A stretch of DNA of 64,000 nt, from the IMG/VR virus record IMGVR_UViG_2706795985_000001, positions 26,553 through 90,552 of that record; one strand, written 5' to 3'. How positions within the stretch are numbered: the first letter of the stretch is position 1; every line of letters starts with the position of its first letter. Position numbers and translations under genes: made by a program. The notes beneath the pieces were generated by a model that did no database searches, had not been told where the DNA came from, and saw only the letters and a list, made by a program, of their open reading frames with translations. Of this stretch, positions 1-7,898 are shown piece by piece. The stretch comes from a virus. Its lineage: Duplodnaviria; Caudoviricetes.

Positions 1-2
1 GT

Positions 3-287
3 AATATCACATACATCGAAAACCGTGGTATTGATCCAACAGGCGCTCGCCACATCCCAGCTGGTGATGCTTACTTCTTCCCAGCAGATGTTGGTGATGG
101 CTTCAACTTTGTGCAGTACTTTGGACCAGCAGATCACTTTGACTACGTTAACACCCAAGGTCAAGAGCTCTACGCTTTTGAATACGGAGATAACCGTGGA
201 CAGATGATCGAAATCCAAACTGAATCCAACTTCCTGAACGTGCTTCGCCGTCCACAGTTGATCGTAAGAGGCACTGTTGGTGCCTAA
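3..287 (+). CDS. Major capsid protein, C-terminal part (gene starts before the window)
   Basis: Frame 3 is open from the window edge: NITYIENRG...YFGPADHFDYVNTQGQELY...IEIQTESNFLNVLRRPQLIV. This resembles a lambda gpE-type capsid C-terminus and is followed by a terminator and neck genes. Confidence 0.85.
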   Translation, partial: NITYIENRGIDPTGARHIPAGDAYFFPADVGDGFNFVQYFGPADHFDYVNTQGQELYAFEYGDNRGQMIEIQTESNFLNVLRRPQLIVRGTVGA

Positions 288-296
288 TTAGAATTA

Positions 297-322
297 GGGC
301 GAGCGGTTTTGCTCGCCCTTTT
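297..322 (+). terminator. Intrinsic terminator after capsid gene
   Basis: GGGCGAGC-ggtttt-GCTCGCCC stem followed by TTTT. Confidence 0.85.
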
Positions 323-343
323 CTTTGCTTAGGAGACTACAAA

Positions 344-826
344 ATGTCTTACTCTGGATCGCCAAGTACTAGTGCCACTGACCGAGTTCGTTTGAACGTA
401 GGTGATATCTGGCCTGATATGGAATGGCTTCACGATGAAGATTATCAGTATTTCATCGACAAGAACAACGGAAATGAGAATCGAGCTACTCTAGACGCAG
501 CCCGTGCCTTATTATTCGCACTCTCTCGTTTCACACGTGAGCGTACAGGAGACATTGAGGTTTATGGTGGAGACATCTTCTCCAACTACCTTAAAGCTCT
601 ACAACTGATCCTTAAAGACCCTAACATCGCAATCAGTTTGGCTATCCCCTACGCTGGAGGTATCAGCAGAGAGGATATGCATGAAAACAGAGTCAATTTT
701 GATAACAACAGTGTACTTGTTGCTACTGAACGTTCCTACCTGAAACTGGGATGTGGGAGTTGGCAGTATAACTACGATGCACTTAATTGTCAAACGGCAG
801 GTGGTGGTCATGGGCTTCAGTTTTAA
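344..826 (+). CDS. Head-tail adaptor / head completion protein
   Basis: AGGAG SD; 160 aa; directly after capsid; DRVRLNVGD start typical of myovirus adaptors. Confidence 0.7.
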   Translation: MSYSGSPSTSATDRVRLNVGDIWPDMEWLHDEDYQYFIDKNNGNENRATLDAARALLFALSRFTRERTGDIEVYGGDIFSNYLKALQLILKDPNIAISLAIPYAGGISREDMHENRVNFDNNSVLVATERSYLKLGCGSWQYNYDALNCQTAGGGHGLQF

Positions 827-1277
827 ATTTGAAAGCAAGATACCAGCCCTTGTAAAAAGGCTGGACAAATTAAATGGTATGGAAGTCGAAGTTGGTTTCT
901 TTGAAGAGGACAGATATGGTCCTGAGAATCACAATTTGCCTGTAGCCACAGTGGCTGCTTATAACGAGTTCGGTACTAGGTTCAACCCACAAAGACCCTT
1001 TATGTCTGATACATTCTCAGAGAATATGAACCAGTTGTTCATTGCGAGAGGTATGAGGTCAGTGTTCAATGATGTTCTGAAGGGAAGCTCAGCGAGCGTT
1101 AGATTGCTTAACAGCCTAGGCAGGTTAACTGGCGAGCTTATGCAAATTAGCATACAGCAATACGCCGCAGCAGGCGGTAACTCTTCTGCAACTATCAAGT
1201 TAAAAGGTGGCAGAGACACACCACTTATAGATACTGGCAAGATGATTGAGTCTGTCAGATTCCATGTCCACAGATAA
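810..1277 (+). CDS. Neck / tail-completion protein (HK97 gp10-like)
   Basis: Start moved to ATG 810; motifs VEVGFF, VAAYNEFG, PQRPFM, PLIDTGKM. Confidence 0.65.
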   Translation: MGFSFKFESKIPALVKRLDKLNGMEVEVGFFEEDRYGPENHNLPVATVAAYNEFGTRFNPQRPFMSDTFSENMNQLFIARGMRSVFNDVLKGSSASVRLLNSLGRLTGELMQISIQQYAAAGGNSSATIKLKGGRDTPLIDTGKMIESVRFHVHR

Positions 1278-1287
1278 GGAGTAATAT

Positions 1288-1656
1288 ATGCTAAATCCTC
1301 CGTTACTCCTGACTGGCAGAGTAAAACTACAAGTTATCAGACGAGAGTCAGAGACTATTGTTAGAGGCCGTCCAGTTGACGGTTTGGAAAGTGTTGTTGA
1401 GGTTGTGTGCAATGTACAGCCTATCCTTAAATCAACTGACACTTCGATGCTACCCGAAGCTGACCGTTCCAAAGCTGCAATTAAAGTATACACAAATGGT
1501 GCAGCACTAAGGCAGAGAAAGGAAGGAGTTGGGGGTTGGGCAGCAGATAGATTCTATTGGCAACAAGAGTTATATGAGGTATTAAAAGTAATAAACTACG
1601 ACATAGGAATTTTGTCGCACTACAAGGCGATTTGCTTTAGGGTGGAGTTGACATGA
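1288..1656 (+). CDS. Head-closure protein
   Basis: GGAG SD; size and position in neck module; CNVQP motif. Confidence 0.65.
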   Translation: MLNPPLLLTGRVKLQVIRRESETIVRGRPVDGLESVVEVVCNVQPILKSTDTSMLPEADRSKAAIKVYTNGAALRQRKEGVGGWAADRFYWQQELYEVLKVINYDIGILSHYKAICFRVELT

Positions 1657-2408
1657 TTAACATTGGAGATACTTTTGGGTATTTAACTGTAACTTCAAGC
1701 ATACCAAGAGAGTTGCAAAGATATACAAAATCTGGGGCAAAGAATGGTAAGAGAGTTTTCTACGAATGTGCTTGTAGGTGTGGCAAAGCCTTGGAAGTTG
1801 ATATCTGTAACCTTAGGCTTGGAGGTAGCTGTGGATGTTTGAGGACCGAGAATGCCCAAATCACCAAAAAGGCTAAGTATGATTTGTCTGGTATGTCCTT
1901 CGGAAGGCTGACAGTTTTAAAGAGGGTTGAGCCTAAATCTAAGATGTGGTTATGCAGGTGCTCTTGTAAAAACCACGTAGAAGTACAAGGTGCGAGATTG
2001 TCATCTGGCGATGTGTCAAGTTGTGGCTGCCTAGCAAGAGAGACTAGCAAGTATAACGGTGAAGCCACCGGGCGTAAATTTAGAGCTTTAGCTAATTTAC
2101 CTCTAGACCAAAAAATAACAACAGATAACGAAGAGCAGCGTAAGTTGTTCAAGCCACTTTCAAAAGAAGTCCTCTTACGTGATGATTTTACCTGTTCTTG
2201 GTGCTCTAAGATTGGCGGGAATTTGAATGTACACCATATCGAGCTGTGGTCTGTAAAACCTGATCGCAGGTTCGATAGGACAAATTTGGTGACATTGTGC
2301 AAACCTTGTCACCTGACTGTACACAAGAATAACTTCCATGGAGAGCCTGACCCAATAATGAGTATCCTCCTTGAAGGCTACGCCAAGTACATGGAGGAGT
2401 TAACCTGA
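1653..2408 (+). CDS. Free-standing HNH homing endonuclease
   Basis: Two repeated FGxLTV..CxCxCG..SCGC DNA-binding modules, then RDDFTCSWC..LNVHHI..NLVTLCKPCH; inserted between neck genes with ATGA/TGATG overlaps. Confidence 0.85.
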   Translation: MINIGDTFGYLTVTSSIPRELQRYTKSGAKNGKRVFYECACRCGKALEVDICNLRLGGSCGCLRTENAQITKKAKYDLSGMSFGRLTVLKRVEPKSKMWLCRCSCKNHVEVQGARLSSGDVSSCGCLARETSKYNGEATGRKFRALANLPLDQKITTDNEEQRKLFKPLSKEVLLRDDFTCSWCSKIGGNLNVHHIELWSVKPDRRFDRTNLVTLCKPCHLTVHKNNFHGEPDPIMSILLEGYAKYMEELT

Positions 2409-2977
2409 TGAATATCTATCAAGATCTAGAAGATTGCCTATACAACATCGTTGAAGCTCTCCATCCCGACTGGAAAATATTGTTTGCTTATACCAATGCT
2501 GCTGAACCAGTGAATCCTTATCTGGTTATAGACGTTAGGAAGCTAATTCCTATTGGCAGAGAGTACAGCTCAACCCCAACTTTTGGTGAAGATGGTTTTA
2601 GGTTAACTCAGACCACTATACAAGACCATGAAGCAACGGTCAGATTCGAGTTTATTGGAAAATATAATGACCAGACTTCTGTATCTGAGATGGCACAGTT
2701 GTTACAGATTGAATTGAGATCTGCCACTGGTTACGAGTTACAATCTATTAACAGGCTTTCCCTATACAACTTGTCTACACTTCGTAGACTTCCCCTACCA
2801 AGGGAAACTGACATGTACATGATCTACCAGTTGGATTGTGTATTTGCCTACGCTGCTGTCCTAAAGACAGAACAAGACTACACACTTGGTCTAGATATTA
2901 ATGGAGTGTATCACGATGCTAACCAGCCTCCTGATTATACAATTAAGACTCACCTTGAAATAACCCCTACTAACTAG
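2408..2977 (+). CDS. Tail terminator / tail completion protein
   Basis: 189 aa, immediately upstream of sheath. Confidence 0.6.
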   Translation: MNIYQDLEDCLYNIVEALHPDWKILFAYTNAAEPVNPYLVIDVRKLIPIGREYSSTPTFGEDGFRLTQTTIQDHEATVRFEFIGKYNDQTSVSEMAQLLQIELRSATGYELQSINRLSLYNLSTLRRLPLPRETDMYMIYQLDCVFAYAAVLKTEQDYTLGLDINGVYHDANQPPDYTIKTHLEITPTN

Positions 2978-2988
2978 GAGAATAACGT

Positions 2989-4547
2989 ATGACCGTTCTT
3001 ACGGATATCATCGAAATTAACATCAGTAGAGAAACTGCTGCTGTTGCTCAAACAAACTTCAACGTACCTCTGTTCATTTCTGCACACACAAAATTTGCAG
3101 AGAGAGCGCGTTCTTACACAAGCCTTCCAGCTGTTGCTAATGATTTTGATCCTACAGACTCGGCATACATTGCTGCACAGAAGTTATTCAGCCAAACATT
3201 GACTCCGTCTAGAATTGTTATCGGACGTAGACTAGTGCCAAGCTCTACTGTAAGCGTCAGCACTGCCGGGGCAGGGACTTACACTGTCACCATCAATGAC
3301 ATACCTTTTGCTTTTGTAGCTACTTCGTCGAACACTTCGATTCAAATCGCCACAGGACTTAAAGCTTCATATGACGTTACCCCTGTAGCAGGAGTCACTG
3401 TCACTGATAAGCTTGACGGAACGCTCACTGTAGCTTCTACAGTCGGGTATTCCCTAGAGGTTTCTACAAATCTTAACCAAGCAAACTCGCCTTCTACAGA
3501 GTCTTGGGTAACTTCTGTTAACTCTGTAACAACAGTTGATAACTCTTGGTACGTGCTGACAATTGAATCTCATGCTGAGGCTGACGTTCTTGCAGTGGCT
3601 GCTCAAGTGGAAGGTATGAAGAAAGTTTTCGGAACCTCTTCTCAGTCTACTGATGTTAAGACTACTTCTACAACAGATACATTCTCAAAGTTGAAAGCTT
3701 TGGGCTATCAACGCACTTTCGGTGTCTACTCTGCCACTGCAGATAGTGAATACCCAGAAGTAGCTTGGGTAGGATACCAGCTAAAAGAACAGCCCGGTTC
3801 TAACACATGGGCTTATAAGTCTCTTTCTGGTGTAACTGTAAGCTCACTGAGCCCAACAGAATCTACCAACGTGTTAAACAAATCTGCATCTACTTATGAA
3901 ACTGTTGGTGGTCTGAACAGTACAATTGGTGCTAAGATGTTTGGTGGTGAATGGATCGACGTTATTATCTTTGTTGACTGGCTGGAACAGCGTATGAAAG
4001 AACGTCTGTGGAACCGTATGGCCAACAGCAAGAAAATTCCTTACACAGCAGCAGGCGCTGCAATCATCGAAGCTGAGATCCGTGCTCAGTTGAATGATGG
4101 TATTCGTGTAGGTGGTTTGGCTAACAGCCCAGCTCCAACTGTGTCTGTACCAGATGTTCTTACCTTGTCCACAAACCTACGTGCTCAACGTGATTGAAGG
4201 TATCACCTTTTTCAAGCTAGACTAGCCGGTGCGATACATTTTGTGAAGATATCAGGAACCGTTAATTAAAAGTGGCGGCTTTGTGGTGTGAACTACATCG
4301 AATAACTTATCTAATTCGGGGGATATCCTAACGTAGAGTCGAGGACAATCCTGAGCGAAGCTCAGAGCATTCTGAGAACGTGCAACGACTATCCCGCAAG
4401 GGAGTAGGGCCAAGTGGCTCGAAATGGTAAGGGGCTTCCAATTTAAGGAAGTTCGTGATATAGTCTATTCTGCATGGAAACATGCAGCAGTTCATAAGAG
4501 AACGAGTGTTGTCTAACGAGCAACGTTGAATGTAAAGAACAGTATAA
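2989..4547 (+). CDS. Tail sheath protein (exon 1 2989-4262, exon 2 4538-4547; apparent compensating indels near 4192 and 4210)
   Basis: Sheath motifs (WIDVIIFVDWL, KIPYTAAG). The C-terminal QARLAGAIHFVKISGTV is in the same frame beyond TGA 4195. Splicing gives ...GTVTV* (1284 nt, 427 aa). Confidence 0.85.
4263..4537 (+). mobile_element. Group I intron (subgroup IA2), ORF-less, in tail sheath gene
   Basis: P1 exon CCGU/GCGG with U.G at the splice site; starts UAAUU; P3 CUUAUC/GGUAAG; R GCAACGACUA; P7.1 UCCC-GCAA-GGGA; P7.2 GGGCC-AAGU-GGCUC; S GAUAUAGUCU; P9 CUGCAUG-GAAA-CAUGCAG; terminal G4537. Confidence 0.9.
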
Positions 4548-4560
4548 TTACGGAGACAGT

Positions 4561-5277
4561 ATGATAAATTACCTGTACAAGATTACTAACAAAGTTAATG
4601 GCAAGACTTACATTGGTATAACCAGAGACCCAGACTCAAGGAGAAAGCAACACCTTGTGTGGAAGCGTCAGTCTTCAAACTCTATTCTAAAACTCGCTAT
4701 TGATAAGTATGGAAAAGATGCCTTTGAATTTGAGATTCTTGTTGCAGGTGATTTATCTTACATAAAAGATTTAGAGATTAAAGCTATTTTAGCCTATGAC
4801 TCTCTAGCTGGCATTGGACATGGCTACAATATCCACTCAGGTGGTGGTCATAATAATGGCGGCGAACAAATAAAGTATCGTTCCGACGATAAACCAGTCT
4901 GCGCCTTTGGTTTCTGGTTTCCCAACGCCCGCACTGCCATCAAGTCTATTGGCATTAACAAGAAGACTCTGTATGCCCGTAGGGCAGCGGGAACTCTACA
5001 CCTTGAAGCTAGACCACTTAAAGCTATCGAACGCCCAAAGCGAGGCTCTGAGGAAGACACAGCTAATAGGTCAGCCTCTATGAAAGGTAAAAACTCTGGA
5101 GAGCGTAATGGTATGTTCGGAAGAAAGAATCCTTCACGCCACAGAGCAGTTACAGTGGAAGGTGTGCAGTACGAGTCAATCTCTGATGCAGTCAATAACA
5201 CCGAATACACAAAATCTCAAATCGAAAAACGTCTAGCCAAAGGTGTAGACGGATTCTCATACACACAGAGGAATTAA
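4561..5277 (+). CDS. Free-standing GIY-YIG homing endonuclease
   Basis: YLYKITNKVNGKTYIGIT, conserved R (RRKQH) and E (DLEIKAI), GYNIHSGG; NUMOD-type C-terminus. Confidence 0.9.
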   Translation: MINYLYKITNKVNGKTYIGITRDPDSRRKQHLVWKRQSSNSILKLAIDKYGKDAFEFEILVAGDLSYIKDLEIKAILAYDSLAGIGHGYNIHSGGGHNNGGEQIKYRSDDKPVCAFGFWFPNARTAIKSIGINKKTLYARRAAGTLHLEARPLKAIERPKRGSEEDTANRSASMKGKNSGERNGMFGRKNPSRHRAVTVEGVQYESISDAVNNTEYTKSQIEKRLAKGVDGFSYTQRN

Positions 5278-5281
5278 AAAT

Positions 5282-5806
5282 ATGAGCACACAAAGGCTCG
5301 CAACTTTTGCGCCCAACGACGTGAGTGTCATTATCACGCAGTCGAGCACAGGCATTGCCCACATTATCAGTGGCTACTCTGAGGAGTCCATCGTAAATAT
5401 CGAATGGACAAGCCCTCGCTACGCACTTTACACTGGTGCTGACAACACAGGTACACGTGTCTACAACGCAAGTAACTCTGCTACGTTGACAGTAAGCCTA
5501 CAGCAAACATCTGCTTCTAACGATGTCCTGTCTCAGTTGTTTAACAACGACGGACGTAACTCTGATGGACTTTTCTCTGTACAAGTAAAAGACGCCAGCG
5601 GTCGTTCTATCTACTTCTCTGATGATGCTTATATCGGTGTTCGTCCTAATGCTGGTTTTGGTAACAGTATGATGACACGTGATTGGGTTATTCAGGCATT
5701 CAACCTTGATGGCTACGCAGGTGGTAACGCAATTGTAACCCCAGAAGATCAGGCTACTATCGAAACTCTCGGTGGAAATCTGGCTGCTAAGTGGCTACAA
5801 CAGTAA
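5282..5806 (+). CDS. Tail tube protein
   Basis: Follows sheath; ATFAPNDVSVII start; terminator downstream. Confidence 0.7.
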   Translation: MSTQRLATFAPNDVSVIITQSSTGIAHIISGYSEESIVNIEWTSPRYALYTGADNTGTRVYNASNSATLTVSLQQTSASNDVLSQLFNNDGRNSDGLFSVQVKDASGRSIYFSDDAYIGVRPNAGFGNSMMTRDWVIQAFNLDGYAGGNAIVTPEDQATIETLGGNLAAKWLQQ

Positions 5807-5817
5807 TACATTCGTTA

Positions 5818-5855
5818 GGGGCTTCCATTTAACTGTGGGAGCCCCTTTCTTTTTC
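5818..5855 (+). terminator. Intrinsic terminator
   Basis: GGGGCTTCC...GGGAGCCCC stem plus T-rich tail. Confidence 0.8.
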
Positions 5856-5871
5856 TCTGGGGGCATAAAAA

Positions 5872-6375
5872 ATGGCAGGACTACTAAACTACTCTCCAAA
5901 CGATGTGACAATTACCATTGCTGGTCTGTACTCTGTGACAGGCTTTGCTGAAGGAACCTTTGTACGCATCACTAAAGACACTCAACAAGTGACAACCACA
6001 CGTGCAATGGATGGTACAATGTCCCGTATTAAATCCCCTGACACTGGCTGGAAAGTGGAAATCACTTTGGCACAGTCGTCCAGCGGTAACGACATTCTCT
6101 CCACTCTCTGGAACGCAGACAAAGTTACAGGGATGGGCAAATTCCCACTGTTCATCAAAGATGGAAGTGGTAGCACAATGTTCATGGCAGCCACAGCTTG
6201 GATTGAAGAGATTCCTGAAATCACCTTCTCCAGCCAAATGGAAACTCGTACATGGAGATTCGCAGCAACAGATGTGATAGTCAACATCGGAGGGAACGAC
6301 AGCAATGACCTAACGTCCATTCTTGGGTTGAGTTCTTCTGTGCTACCTGCGTTGCAGACTTTCCAAATAATTTAA
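5872..6375 (+). CDS. Tail tube-like structural protein (paralogue)
   Basis: YSPNDVTITI start and overall similarity to the 5282 protein. Confidence 0.65.
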   Translation: MAGLLNYSPNDVTITIAGLYSVTGFAEGTFVRITKDTQQVTTTRAMDGTMSRIKSPDTGWKVEITLAQSSSGNDILSTLWNADKVTGMGKFPLFIKDGSGSTMFMAATAWIEEIPEITFSSQMETRTWRFAATDVIVNIGGNDSNDLTSILGLSSSVLPALQTFQII

Positions 6376-6384
6376 GGAGTATAT

Positions 6385-6918
6385 ATGTCTGGCAGTGTAT
6401 TGACTTATGACCCAAGCAGTGTTACCATTATTGTTTGCGGGTACGTAATACCCGGAGTTGTCAGCATCAACCTTCAGTGGAAATCTGAAGTGTTTACCCT
6501 ACAACGTGGGATCAGGGGTTCACACACCCGTGTGTATAACAATGATAGGCAAGCAACTCTTGTCCTTGAGCTGCTACCCACTTCTATCGCAAACGATGTA
6601 TTCACAAGCATTGTCCTACAAGACGCTGCTAACCACTCGGGTTTGTTGGAGGTCAGCTTGAAGGATACATCTGGTACATCCAGATTTACCACAACAAATG
6701 CTTACATACGTAGTTTCCCTGACCTCAGCTTCAACGCTGAAGGTATCACTACACGCAAGTGGGAAATCGAAGTACTATCGTTCGTGACTGGCTCTGGTAA
6801 TGTTGGAGGTAACGCCTCTAATGGTATCGACATCTCGGACATTCTCTCTGGAGCTTTATCTTCTGCCAAAGGGCTTGTGTCTGATAGTTTGAGTGCTGCT
6901 TCAGACTACTTTACTTAA
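6385..6918 (+). CDS. Tail tube-like structural protein (paralogue)
   Basis: TYDPSSVTIIV start; third member of the same repeated family. Confidence 0.6.
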   Translation: MSGSVLTYDPSSVTIIVCGYVIPGVVSINLQWKSEVFTLQRGIRGSHTRVYNNDRQATLVLELLPTSIANDVFTSIVLQDAANHSGLLEVSLKDTSGTSRFTTTNAYIRSFPDLSFNAEGITTRKWEIEVLSFVTGSGNVGGNASNGIDISDILSGALSSAKGLVSDSLSAASDYFT

Positions 6919-6926
6919 GGAGTCAT

Positions 6927-7277
6927 ATGAAGATTTGGTTTGTTTATAAAACCACTAACAATATCAGTGGTGGAGGAAGGTTTGAGTATCAAACTAAAGA
7001 AGAGTCCAGACAGAAAATGAGAAAGCCTAAAAGCCCTGAGCACAGGGCTGCTATTTCTGCGGGTAAGCTTGGAAAGAAGCTTTCGGATTCTCATAAGGCT
7101 GCCGTATCCGCTGGAAGATTAGGCTTAGTACATTCTGAAGAAACAAAGTTGAAAATGAGTAACACAAGATCAAATAATATCCATGAGACTGTGGAATGCC
7201 CACATTGTGGTAAAACTGGAGGTGCACCGGCAATCGGTCAGTGGCACTTTAATAATTGTAAACATAGGAGTGAATAA
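6927..7277 (+). pseudogene. Internally deleted GIY-YIG endonuclease retaining NUMOD3 repeats and a Cys/His knuckle
   Basis: FVYKTTNNISG joins directly to GG..; the YIG/R/E core is absent; H(S)EExK/R repeats; CPHCGK...WHFNNCK. Confidence 0.7.
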
Positions 7278-7280
7278 ATT

Positions 7281-7643
7281 ATGCCGATAAAACAGAAAGA
7301 AGTTACAATCAAAGATGAAACCTACCTGTTGACTCAACTTCCGGGTATGACTGGACTTAAGCTTGGTAAACAGCTTATCAAGACTCTAGGCCCATCCTTT
7401 GCAGTATTGCAGGGTGAAGGTGGAGGCATTAGTGCTGCCCTCAACATCCTATTTGAAAATCTAGATGACAATGCTGAAGCGTTGGTAATTGCCCTGGCTA
7501 GTTCAGCTTCCAAAGGAAGTATGGCTATCAACTTCAACTCTGAGTTTGCTGGTGAATACGACAAGCTATTCCTCTTAGTTAAAGAAATTGTGGAGTTTAA
7601 CTACGGATCGGTTTTTCAGATGCTAGGTTCAGACGTACTGTAA
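7281..7643 (+). CDS. Tail assembly chaperone
   Basis: 120 aa, two genes upstream of tape measure. Confidence 0.7.
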   Translation: MPIKQKEVTIKDETYLLTQLPGMTGLKLGKQLIKTLGPSFAVLQGEGGGISAALNILFENLDDNAEALVIALASSASKGSMAINFNSEFAGEYDKLFLLVKEIVEFNYGSVFQMLGSDVL

Positions 7644-7666
7644 ACCCAAACAGTGCTGAACCTCAG

Positions 7667-7888
7667 ATGGTCCATCCTAGGCTTAAGAAAGTTCAGGATG
7701 GGTATACTCAAGACTGGGAGATCTTTAGAATCGTAACAAGCGATATAAGGGGTTTGCCTACCTACCTTGAGTTGGACACTATCTGCAACGTAGAGGACAT
7801 TTACAATATACTGGAGATGCTTGACGCTAAATTCGAGATGGACGAAGTGGCAAGGCTCCAAGCTCAAGCGGCTCAGAATAATCGATAA
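7667..7888 (+). CDS. Tail assembly chaperone extension (probably made by -1 frameshift from the upstream ORF)
   Basis: -1 frame relative to 7281 ORF and open from 7601; no SD before ATG 7667; immediately before tape measure. Confidence 0.6.
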   Translation: MVHPRLKKVQDGYTQDWEIFRIVTSDIRGLPTYLELDTICNVEDIYNILEMLDAKFEMDEVARLQAQAAQNNR

Positions 7889-7898
7889 GGATTGAAAA

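Noticed and set aside
5282-6918. Three tail-tube-like paralogues as a novelty
   Set aside because: From recall, this arrangement is usual in this myovirus group.
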